63,129 nt of DNA, filler included, from Lenisia limosa (GCA_001655205.1; 9 parts of 9 records of this genome joined end to end with filler, not necessarily neighbours in it); one strand, 5' to 3'. Shown: positions 47,299 to 57,876, counted from the whole stretch's first letter. Translations and numbers: made by a program. Notes: generated by a model not told the origin, from the letters alone.

Positions 47299-50200
47299 TC
47301 ACTCGTAGATCTCGTTATAAGCGGGAGGTGCGTCTGAAGGGGAGTCGGTAGCACCTGGGCCGTTAGCGCCATAATAATGCACATCATGCATAATATCACT
47401 GTTTGGGTCATTTTCACACTTGTGAACTACCATTTTCCACGCAGTGATACGATACCTCAGTCCACTCGTGTGATAATTGCCCAATAAGTCTCAATGATAC
47501 TCTGGTACACTCGGGATGAGCTCTCGTGTTCGTTCATTATTTCGACTCGAGAGTCGGTCATGTGATCATACTAGTGGATATGGGTTTGAATATATATGTA
47601 TCCAATATTACCTTATTATTCATTTCTCATTGCTACACATATTCACCCCCCAACCGAAGGGGCCCGTGGCTGGCGCGGGTGCCGGCGAGTGACTTTGGCC
47701 CGGCATGGGGAGGTCGTCATAGTCACCGTAGTTGTCACTCACGACAGCGGGAGATGCTGACGGTCTGGGCGATGAGTGTTTATGACTAGAATCAAAAGAG
47801 ACAAAACCAAAAAATTTGTGGAAAATAATAAAACGAAAAATTCGTCAACACCGTCACGCTTATAATAGTTCTTAACGATAAATTCGTCCACACTGTCATG
47901 CTTATAAGAGTTCTTAAAATAATAAATTGATAGTTTAACGGACAGTTTTTAGCCCCCCCCCCCCNNNNNNNNNNNNNNNNNNNNNNNNNNNNNNNNNNNN
48001 NNNNNNNNNNNNNNNNNNNNNNNNNNNNNNNNNNNNNNNNNNCCAGAACAGGAGGTTGGCGCGGAGCGTGAGAGCCTGTGCGACTTCGTGACCGTTTTGG
48101 TTTATGATCCATAGGCTGCGGCATATCGTCATAATCATCATCTTCATAATCGTTGTACCGAGGCTTCTCGTCGAAATCATAATCATCATCATAGCCCTTC
48201 TTCTCGTAGTTGTCATAACCATCATCTTCATCTCCATACGAATCCTCTCTTCTATCATCTCTTCTATCCTCTCTTCTATCCTCTCTTCTATCATCCACAT
48301 CATCATCACTTCCGCGACTATCGTAGCGATCCCGTTTCTTGTACCCCCCATCATCCTCGTCGCTATACTCCCCTCGCACGTCCTGTGGAGGTATGTCGTC
48401 ATAGAAGTCATATTCGGACTGCATGTTGGGAGCGCATGTTTGGCCATCGCTGTCGAACTCGCTCTTTCCGCCCAGAACCGTGGTGCCTGGGGGATAAAAA
48501 TTGGAAAATTTATGAAACAAAAAAACCCAAAATCAACTCTGTTGGATGAAGACAACACACGAGGGTTGATAACAACAAAACAAACAAAGCGTACGTAAAA
48601 TCGGAAAATTTATAAAACAATGTATAATGGGGGTGATGGTAATTGTGATAAAAAAAGGGGGTGATGGGTGAGACAAAAAAACAAAGCAACACTGACAACT
48701 GAACATTCTTGGTATGATGGTTTAATACCTCCCATTAGTTAGAACACCCACCTTGGTTTTCAGCCCCAGGTGCGACAGGATTGAAGAGGTCCATTTCCTT
48801 CTGCGCGGCTTCTGATGGTGGTAAGAATTAATACATGATATAAATGATGTAGTACTGAGAAAGCCAAAAAAAAACAACAACAAAAAAAAAACAATACAAA
48901 CAGAGGATAGTGAAAATAAGGATATATTTGAAAAATAATTATCACATAATCTTCTGTTGGATGAACGTTTGAAAATATGAGGGGTTGAAAACAAACAACA
49001 AAGCAGTACAAGTGCGTCCAGTCGAAGATACCCCAGCAACTTTCTCTGTTTTCTTTACTCTGTCGTTGACCACAGAAACCGAAGAACAAGAAGCCTTGTT
49101 TGCANNNNNNNNNNNNNNNNNNNNNNNNNNNNNNNNNNNNNNNNNNNNNNNNNNNNNNNNNNNNNNNNNNNNNNNNNNNNNNNNNNNNNNNNNNNNNNNN
49201 NNNNNNNNNNNNNNNNNNNNTGGTTCAGTCCTTTTTTTGATTTTAGAAAGAATAATAAAAGTGTGGTATGTGATTAAAATGAGCCTTCGGGATAATTCCG
49301 CATGGTAGTGTTTCGTATAAAACAGCACACTGACATGGAAATTCTAAAAATGGGTGAAAATTGCCTGGAATGTACTTAACCGAGGCTATATGAGGCCAAT
49401 ATTACAATCCTATCGACGATGAGTAGGTGTTGGTTTTGCGTTGTCACTTAAATTATTGTTTAAACCCTAAAAAGGTAAAAAAAGTGAAGCCCAAAAACGA
49501 CTAAATTGGGCATTTTTACGTTTTTCTACCCGACGCTATTTCATACAAACATAACCCTGCGGAATTATCCGCAAGTGTCATTTTAATTATTTACCACACT
49601 TTTATTGTTTTTTTTCCAAAATCAAAAAAAGGACTGAACCACCTTCAAACCAAAAAAACCAAAATAAACCAAAAAAACCAAAAAAACAAAAAATAAACCA
49701 AAAAAAAAAACCAAAACGAACCAAAAAAATTGAAGGCAAAACATTTCACAAAGTACACAATTAGGGAAAGAAATGCACCTACCTCGCATGATGAGGAAGA
49801 AGCCTATGAACATCGTAATTGCAATTACTGCCTGCATTGTCAGCAAACAAGCCTTCATTTAATTTCAGCAAATAAGCTTATCATTTAATTTCAGCAGATC
49901 AGCAAATATATCACCTTATCAACAGATACAATCTGGTGCTCAAAAAGGGGAAAACATGATATAATTCTAAGTAGTACCATATCATCTATTATCCAATAAT
50001 ATTACCCCACTACCTGGGAGAAGAACAGGCGAATCAAGGCTGACAACACATCATCGCATAGCGCATATTTCATTTTGAAAAACGTCGTCCGGGCCGGGTC
50101 GCACGTGACCACAAGCGAAATCCGTTCCTCTGCCTGGGGGGGGGGGATTGAACAAAAAACGCACAACTGATTTTGAGCTACGGGGAAGGTTGGCATTCCA

Positions 50201-50323
50201 CATTTAAAACAAGTACATATGAGCGAGCATCCTCACCGTTGTGAGTACTCCCTGGGCAGTTTCGAACGGCTCCTTGGCCTCACTTGTAGGGGCCAAGTCA
50301 ATAAGAACGTCAAGCTGGGTCTG
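47299..50323 (-). CDS. Hypothetical protein with D/R/E/Y-rich low-complexity tail and terminal PPAY motif (5' partial)
   Basis: Long exon 48044-48486 (DDRREDRREDRRDDRRED...), exons AEERISLVVTCDPARTTFFKMKYALCDD and EAAQKEMDLFNPVAPG, final DAPPAYNEIYE-TGA. Confidence 0.65.
48487..48620 (-). repeat. Intron 3' module A (minus strand), head-to-tail with the end of a second A unit
   Basis: Reverse complement reads ...ttataaattttccgattttacgtac-gctttgtttgttttgttgttatcaaccctcgtgtgttgtc...aacagagttgattttggg...ttcataaattttccaatttttatcccccag. Confidence 0.9.
49221..49648. mobile_element. MITE family F, copy 2
   Basis: tggttcagtcctttttttgatttt ... aaaatcaaaaaaaggactgaaccaccttcaa; shares the internal gaaattctaaaaatgggt...aaccgagg..atatgagg segment with 3571-3921. 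Confidence 0.75.
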
Positions 50324-50423
50324 NNNNNNNNNNNNNNNNNNNNNNNNNNNNNNNNNNNNNNNNNNNNTTAATTAATTAANNNNNNNNNNNNNNNNNNNNN
50401 NNNNNNNNNNNNNNNNNNNNNNN
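50324..50423. other. Artificial scaffold-joining spacer
   Basis: TTAATTAATTAA at 50368-50379 within N run. Confidence 0.95.
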
Positions 50424-50604
50424 AGCGTTATTTATGATGTACGGCTTCAGCCAGATACAACCTTATTTTTTATCTCTTATTGCTATCATATATCACTCCT
50501 CATATTCTGGTCAATAAAAAATGTTATTTAAACTCCTTTTTTTAGAATAAGAGAAATAATATACATTAAGAATCTAGGGAGATGAATCATTTCATAGGCA
50601 GAAC

Positions 50605-50682
50605 GCTTCCCTGGGTCCCAAAAAAAGACTGAAATTCTCGATAAATCCTCGATAAATATCGATATTTCACCGTGTGAAGCCC
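50605..50682. mobile_element. MITE family D copy
   Basis: gcttccctgggtcccaaaaaaagactgaaattctcgataaatcctcgataaatatcgat...gtgaagccc-TA. Confidence 0.7.
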
Positions 50683-50808
50683 TAGGCATACCATAAAGAC
50701 AAAGGCTAAATACAGCATTGTTTTATTTCTCATCTCTCTATTAAGTAGGACCGGAACGTTAATTTTGAATTTCGAAGCGGAGACATATTAATAAAGAACT
50801 CAATTTCA

Positions 50809-51661
50809 GAAATTTTCACTCTGGACCTACCTAAGGTTCACAGCTGAGCATAAAGCCGAGGAGAGTTGTGAGTGGAAATCCTTTCTATATAAATTAATTT
50901 CTTCATAAATTCTTGATATGAAGACAGTGATGTCTACTAACCCACTAGTGGAATTCCTACAGCTGAATCACAATGAAACTGATTTTTTGCATTCTGCTTG
51001 TGAGTTTTATCAGTCAAGCTTTGTAGGAGGGAATTGAGACTATTTTTGTTATTATACTTGCAGACAACAGAGTTGTTTTTTTTTTGTTTCAGCAATTTTC
51101 AATTTTTATTCGCTGCCCCCTCTCCCAGTGCCTCGCTGTCTCTCCAGCATACCGGGGAAACGGTGATATCTTCCGCGGTTGTTGCCGAATCCTTGGCGTT
51201 TGACAACACGCTGCTGCCACCATGCACTTCTGAGCTGCAGGGTTCCTTCAGGTGGGGAGAGGGAGTGAAGAAATTTCAATGAAGAATATTTGCGTAAGAT
51301 GTTTTTGTAGACATATTTTTATGAACGATTAGGAAGGGCTCTGATAGTACTGTAACATGCTTTGAAGGAAAGTGGCAGAAAGTTGGCCAGAGAGGTAAGT
51401 AGGTACCAAATGTATTATTATTTATTTCTTTTGAATATTAACANNNNNNNNNNNNNNNNNNNNNNNNNNNNNNNNNNNNNNNNNNNNNNNNNNNNNNNNN
51501 NNNNNNNNNNNNNNNNNCCCAAAAATGACTAAATTTCCCAATAAAATCTCGATAATTGGTCTTTCTTCGATTCCAGCCCCCTTTTTACACATACCCACCC
51601 CCCAGATCCTTCTCCCATTTGGTTTGAACAAACAACGACGAATAGGAGTTCTGCTGAAGCA
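50809..51661 (+). CDS. Hypothetical protein fragment (a few internal exons)
   Basis: cccag acceptors at 51128 and ~51606 and a gtgggg donor at ~51252 bracket short open frames; product unknown. Confidence 0.35.
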
Positions 51662-51686
51662 GGTGTCAGAGCTTGGACCTTCGATA

Positions 51687-51786
51687 NNNNNNNNNNNNNN
51701 NNNNNNNNNNNNNNNNNNNNNNNNNNNNNNTTAATTAATTAANNNNNNNNNNNNNNNNNNNNNNNNNNNNNNNNNNNNNNNNNNNN
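51687..51786. other. Artificial scaffold-joining spacer
   Basis: TTAATTAATTAA at 51731-51742 within N run. Confidence 0.95.
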
Positions 51787-52105
51787 TATATTTGGGTTTT
51801 TTTTGAAACAGGAAGGGGGGTGGGGCGAATCATCGTAATAGGACTTATCACGATGGACTGTGACACGTAATAAATATCTTTGATAGTATCCAATCCATAA
51901 AATACAGTAACCGGGATAAGTCTTGACCGATTTACTATATGATTTCCCAAGGAAAATCGGTCAAGACTTCTAGGTATTTAATGATTGTTCGGATTAAACA
52001 AAATTCACCTCAAAAAAAGGCCCCAAACAGTCATAACAGTCCCCGTATGATGCCCTAAGTGTTGACTGCCCCAAATCTAGTGACAGTTCCAAAGCCTCGC
52101 TACTA

Positions 52106-52203
52106 GAGCTTCACTTCGGTTCAAAAAATACCGGCAAAATATCGATAGTTTTCGAGGATTTATCGAGAAATTTTTCAGTATTTTTTCGAACTGAAGTGAA
52201 GCC
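52106..52203. mobile_element. MITE family D copy
   Basis: TA-gagcttcacttcggttcaaaaaata ... ttttttcgaactgaagtgaagcc. Confidence 0.8.
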
Positions 52204-52218
52204 AAACCCGTAACTCAC

Positions 52219-53280
52219 CAGCTTGACAGGGCGGAAAATGATTTCGATGTCAAGCGCCATGCCTGCGGATACCGTCTTCGTCTGAGAATGTTACTTGTTA
52301 ACCAAATGTGTTTAAAAATGTATGTGCGTCTGAGAATGTTACTTGTTTATCATATGCGCCTGATGCTGTGACTTTACTAATGTTCTGGATGATACCTATG
52401 TTAAAAAGACAGCATTAATATATACTACTATCTCACAAAAAAAGACACTTATTCCCAAAAAAGGAAATATAGTTACTCAAGGTAAAGTGATAAAACAATT
52501 AGATTGAATCTGATTGCACCCCCCCCCCTCATGTTGCAACAACTTCAGGAATATCATAGGTGGGAGTCATAATGCTTCGTTAGAGCGTATTTGGTGTTAT
52601 TATGACTGTCATATCTGCTCTTTCTAACAACTATCTAAAGACTTTGCTCTTTATATCTCTTTCTCAGCATTTACAGGAAACACATTCAAACAACGAAGGG
52701 CTCTTCTTATAGTATGGTCCAAAACGAGTAAGCATTTCCGAAGAAACTATGTCTTTTTGGTCTGAAGCGAATCCATAGTATTTAACCATCAGGACTCTCC
52801 CTCAGGAACATGAGAGGAGAAGCAAACATACAACCAAAAAAAAAAGTGAAAATAAACAATAATATCAACACAGGACAAAAGAGCAAAGTCTTCAACAAGG
52901 TGATGCCAAAAAAACGTCCAATGCAAGTGAAAATATTATTATGGCAATTATTATGGGCAACAATGCCACCAAGCGCTGCTGAAAGCCCTACAACCCGTAC
53001 CTGAGGAAAGTCCATACTGAAGTACTTGCTCTGCGGGAGGCGGTACTTGATCTTTCGTGTCGTGGTAGAAACGTTTCGAACCGTGATTTTGCTGACATAT
53101 TCGCCGCCAGGTTGCCTGAAGGTAAAGTAAAGAGCGATTTTCGGGCCACGACGCCTACCATCCCTTCCAAACGAGGTCTGGTCCCGGGTCTATCCTGTAA
53201 TTATCGATGCACTGTTGTCTGGAAAGGATGGGAGGCAGGCTAGCGTCCCCACGGCCAGCAGAGAGAGAGGTCGTCCTCAT
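52219..53280 (-). CDS. CFAP65: CFAP65/CCDC108-like axonemal protein, N-terminal exons (3' partial)
   Basis: MRTT...DLVWKGW-QPGGEYVSKITVRNVSTTTRKIKYRLPQSKYFSMDFPQ-TKTVSAGMALDIEIIFRPVKL matches my recollection of the CFAP65 N-terminal ASH/MSP domain (WKGW..G.E....L.N....K.KYR.P..KFF....PQ....S.G......FRP). Confidence 0.75.
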
Positions 53281-53619
53281 CCCGGCTGTCCTTCTCTAGT
53301 TGGATCGTCTTCTAACAACGCCTTTACTCTAAAACACCTGCAATCTTATTCAAATCTTCTTGTGCAGACAAAATCCTTTAAAGGTGATCTTCATGATCAT
53401 TACTCCATCTTTGCGGGGATTTTCAGTAAGGAAACGAGTTGGCGCCCAGATTCTCAAGATGCAAGGTGTTGTCAAAATATCCTTAAAAAAATACAAAGAT
53501 TCGCAGACAGAAACAGTCACAAGTCACCTTGGACACTACAGGCCTTGTTATCTTGTTCCAGGGCTATTTCGTGTAGAAAAACAAATAGTAATACATTATA
53601 CACAGAACCTGGGGTACAC

Positions 53620-54550
53620 TTAATGCCAGACCTTGAAGCTTGAGTCACTCGAGCACGTGACCATGAAACCGCCAGCTGGATCGAAGGCCTAAAGGGGGGT
53701 TATAATGAAAAAAAAAGCTAAACTCAAAATAAACGTTTTCAGAAACCAGGGGAGCGTAAAATATCGATATTTAAAGAAGAAATTCAGTCTTATTTTCGGA
53801 GAGTAGGGAAGCTATCTATAATCATCCCCCCTACCACAGCCTGTACAGCATCATCATGACCAGCAAAGTCGCGAATATGCCGGCCAGCAGCCAGGTCGAA
53901 AGATTTCACTGTACCATCGTCGCTCGCCACAGCTGAGGGGTGAGGTACATGAGGTACATATCATATATTGGAACAAAAATGCCCAAAACAACTCTGTTGG
54001 CTGATAACACACAAGGGTTGATAACAGCAAAACAAACAAAGACCAGGCCTGTCGCTTCAACAACACCGCATTTGGGGTAAAATGAAGGAAGTTTCGATGA
54101 GGATATTGGCGTAAAGGTACTTATTACGGCCATACCCAGGATAGACCCGGAGATGTCGAAGGCGGCCTTGTTAGCAGGGTAGGGTCCGGCCGCCACGGTC
54201 GTTGTTTCCGCACATGCGCGCACGTCCCAAACCTATAGGGGGGGGGGGTAAAATTGGAAAATTTANNNNNNNNNNNNNNNNNNNNNNNNNNNNNNNNNNN
54301 NNNNNNNNNNNNNNNNNNNNNNNNNNNNNNNNNNNNNNNNNNNNNNNNNNNNNNNNNNNNNNNNNNNNNNNNNNNNNNNNNNNNNNNNNNNNNNNNNNAT
54401 CATCAATATTTCAGGTTATTGAGATTCAGAGAAAGCTCTGAGATTTATGAAGCAAAGGAATTAATTTGACTACCACCCTGGTACGTTCTCTCTAGATACA
54501 CAACTCACTTTGACAACACCGTCAGCGTCACACGAGGCTATGCTGTCACC
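53620..54550 (-). CDS. SPAG16: SPAG16/PF20 central-apparatus WD40 protein, last four exons (5' partial)
   Basis: GDSIASCDADGVVK-VWDVRACAE...PANKAAFDISGSIL-AVASDDGTVKIF...AGHDDAVQA-..FDPAG.FMVTCSSDSSFKVWH-TAA matches the PF20 C-terminus. Confidence 0.85.
53933..54121 (-). repeat. Stacked intron modules B + A filling most of a SPAG16 intron
   Basis: Minus strand: agtacctttacgccaatatcctcatcgaaacttccttcattttacccc (B), then atgcggtgttgttgaagcgacaggcctggtctttgtttgttttgctgttatcaacccttgtgtgttatcagccaacagagttg... (A), then ctcacccctcag acceptor. Confidence 0.85.
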
Positions 54551-54705
54551 CTAAACAGTGAAGCGATGACATATGCAAACAGTAATTAAATAATACGAGA
54601 GCAGCAATAACGATGATTAATAATAAGCTATGCCTATGTCATAAAAACAGGTAATTTACTGTTATCACCATGTTATCATAGTGTAAAAATAGATTATGCT
54701 ACAGT

Positions 54706-54805
54706 NNNNNNNNNNNNNNNNNNNNNNNNNNNNNNNNNNNNNNNNNNNNTTAATTAATTAANNNNNNNNNNNNNNNNNNNNNNNNNNNNNNNNNNNNNNN
54801 NNNNN
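54706..54805. other. Artificial scaffold-joining spacer
   Basis: TTAATTAATTAA at 54750-54761 within N run. Confidence 0.95.
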
Positions 54806-55192
54806 GGAGGGGAGGTCAACATCAGAATTTCATTTTTTGTACTAAGTGAATTTTTGGGAAGCTGTGAGTAATCCAAATTGCTTTTCCAGGTTCTTGGCCG
54901 CCGAGGGTTTGAAACTATTTCGACACAACAAAAATCTACGACTTTTCTTCATAAATTCCCCAAAATCAGTTCAATTGGCCTCCGTCGAACTTTTTCGGTT
55001 CCAACATTTCCAACCCACTTCGGCAAAGTGCTCTTTTCCAGTGAACATTCGTCTCATTGTGACCCCCCCCCCCCNNNNNNNNNNNNNNNNNNNNNNNNNN
55101 NNNNNNNNNNNNNNNNNNNNNNNNNNNNNNNNNNNNNNNNNNNNNNNNNNNNNNNNNNNNNNNNNNNNNNNNNNNNNNNNNNNNNNNNNNNT

Positions 55193-57520
55193 ACGCTCGA
55201 TTCAAGCCGGAGCAGTGGTTCTGGGAGAGTCTTCTGATGATGAGGGGCTTGGGCCTTGTCTTGGCGCTTCTGTTGTTTAATTCATCTGCATCTGTCCAGG
55301 TTTGTTGAGTGTTGAGCTAGTATACGCTATATAAGCTCGATTGTGTGGTTTGTTGAGTTTTGAGCTTAGCCCCCCCTATGCTGAATCATTATAAGCTTGA
55401 TTATGTGGACGGCTTTCGTCCAGATACTATAATCCAATATCTCTAAAAAGCGTGATGGTGCGGACGGCTTCGGCCAGATACAACCTGTTGTAATTTCTCG
55501 TCTCGATATTTGATATTATTATTGACAATTCTTGCCGCTTATCTTAAAAAGTATTGCGGGGTAATTTTGCGTGACATCACATATGTACTGACCCCTTCAG
55601 ATTACCATTGCCATTGTTGTCATCTACGGCTTCCTTCAGGTGGGGTTCATTGACCAATCACCGTTGTATGATATCATAATTTGAGACTTTTGATTTGATT
55701 ATCCAACACCCGCCACCCAACACCCGCCACCCAACAATTTGCTTATTGAAAGTTGGATATCTGCAACGCTCATTTGTTTAGCGCTACGCCTCGCTTATTT
55801 TAATATTCTCATGGTCTGGCTTTTTTCCCCCTTTAAATTTCTCCCATTTTTCACCCCCCCCCAGATCCATCAAGCCTTCAACCCATTCCACAACGTCCAG
55901 CTGAACCGGCTAGATACTGTGTCAATGGTGACGTCAATCGCCACGTTGCTTGCTGCGTGTGTCTTCAATAACACCAATAGATCATCAAGCACTTATACAG
56001 TGAGTGTGGATGCTTGTGTTTTCAATAATTATTTGATCAATCATCGGTCACTTATATGGTGAGAGCGAATACCGCGGAGGCCCATTTAGAGCCAGTTTTG
56101 CTGTTTTCAATCCTTGAGTAGCTAACAGAGTTAATTCTGCTTTTTTTGTTTCCTTCCTGTTCCCTTTCAGGTCTATTTTCTTTATTATTGGTTCACTTTG
56201 TTGTTGAATAGGCTGGGTTAATGAGATACGGTGTTGCAAGATAGTTTTCAATCCCTCATGTGTTTGCTTTTTGTGCGTTTTCCTTTTTGAACCATCCTCC
56301 CTCACTTCAGTTTTTAATCCGCATGTGCTTCTCAACTGTCAAGCCAATAGAGTTGATTTTTTTTAATTATTTTTGACCCCCCCCCCCCCNNNNNNNNNNN
56401 NNNNNNNNNNNNNNNNNNNNNNNNNNNNNNNNNNNNNNNNNNNNNNNNNNNNNNNNNNNNNNNNNNNCATTGTGTTTATTACAGCAATTGTTCTTGAGGT
56501 ACGTGTCATAGTTAGGGCTTACCTACGGTCCGAAAAAGACCGGTAAAATATAGGATTACATAAGTATTAAAAAAGAATGATATTGCACTACAATTTAAGG
56601 TTCTCTAACGTGCTAGATTTTCCGGCCTAAAGATGCCATTGATGACCTCAATGAATGCGTCAAAGAAAGTGAAGCAATGGGTGGGGGGTATGGTTGAAAT
56701 TGTTAGCTTATACTATATATACACTATTAAATGTTTGGACCGTAGGGAAGCCCTAATATTAATACTATGATAAATTGTTTCCGAATTTATGTCACCTCTG
56801 AGCCCGGTTTTAACCAATCAGAGGAAGTGGGAATGACGTTTTCGGTTTCTGATGGCTTCGACGTCTCTGATGGAAACACCGAATCGTCAATGACCTTGGA
56901 TGGAGGGGTAAGAGGGGGCTTCACTTCGGTTCGAGAATACTCGGGAAAGTATCTATAGGTTTCGAGGATATCATATGTTGAGACATTCAGTCTTTTTCCG
57001 AACCGTAATGAAGCCCAAGCTAAGAGAGGGGTGGGGGGTAATGAACAATTTTCAGAGAAAATAAGCCTAAAATCAACACTTAGGGTGGAGGGGAATATTG
57101 GGAATGGATGGGTGTTGCTTATTGTATTTTGTTGAAGACACGTAAGAAAAAAACAAATACATAGGGATACCATAAAGGAATTACCATACCTCAGCGCCCA
57201 CGTTTCTTACCACCGTCCTCCCTGAGTCACACTAAATTGGTGCTCGGAGACCCCAGCCGCAGCTGGGTGTTGAGTGGTGTGATAGTCTATGGGGGTGTGG
57301 AACCGAGTGTGGCTTGATTGTGGCTCAAGATTTCACCAATAAAATGACAGACATCTTTCCTTTATTGGAGATAAAAATTGGGATTTCGACTACTATGACA
57401 CCTTTGTTTATTCTTTAGTTTGAAAGTCCTTTGCTACTGCCAACAACAGAAGCGGCGGTTTCTGAAGAGGCCGAGGAGCAGTCTTTCCTCTCAATCAAAT
57501 CAACGGACTTGTATGGGTAG
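55193..57520 (+). CDS. Multi-pass membrane protein, C-terminal TM region of the protist WE..R / PF..N.L type (partial)
   Basis: RFKPEQWFWESLLMMRGLGLVLALLLF...Q-ITIAIVVIYGFLQ-IHQAFNPFHNVQLNRLDTVSMVTSIATLLAACVF, then acidic tail exons; 3' end uncertain. Confidence 0.6.
56515..56753. mobile_element. Family D TIR pair enclosing a 64-nt exon
   Basis: TA-gggcttacctacggtccgaaaa at 56515 and tttggaccgtagggaagccc-TA ending 56753; putative exon 56617-56680 lies between. Confidence 0.65.
56917..57018. mobile_element. MITE family D copy
   Basis: gggcttcacttcggttcgagaa ... cagtctttttccgaaccgtaatgaagccc. Confidence 0.75.
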
Positions 57521-57876
57521 ANNNNNNNNNNNNNNNNNNNNNNNNNNNNNNNNNNNNNNNNNNNNNNNNNNNNNNNNNNNNNNNNNNNNNNNNNNNNNNN
57601 NNNNNNNNNNNNNNNNNNNNNNNNNNNNNNNNNNNNNNNNNNNNNNNNNNNNNNNNNNNNNNNNNTGGGGGTGGGGATAAAGGCAGCATTGTGGTTTATC
57701 CCGTTCTTTGCGTCTTTTTTCGTATTATTCGGTGGTGGGGACTGATCGTATACCTTTTGTATCATCATCTACTGCCTTGTTTTACTCAGAACAGACTGGT
57801 CCTTATTTTACTTCTCATAACTTCATATTCTAATTTGTGTAGTACAACTGAGACCATGTCGGATGTGAATATGATC

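Noticed and set aside
15308-54550. Ciliary gene cluster including TOGARAM with SPAG16 and CFAP65
   Set aside because: TOGARAM is on a different scaffold, separated by artificial linkers; only the SPAG16-CFAP65 adjacency is real.
15251-54761. Recurrent TTAATTAATTAA palindrome as a biological motif
   Set aside because: Always centred in an identical 44N+12+44N spacer; it is a six-frame-stop linker used to concatenate scaffolds.
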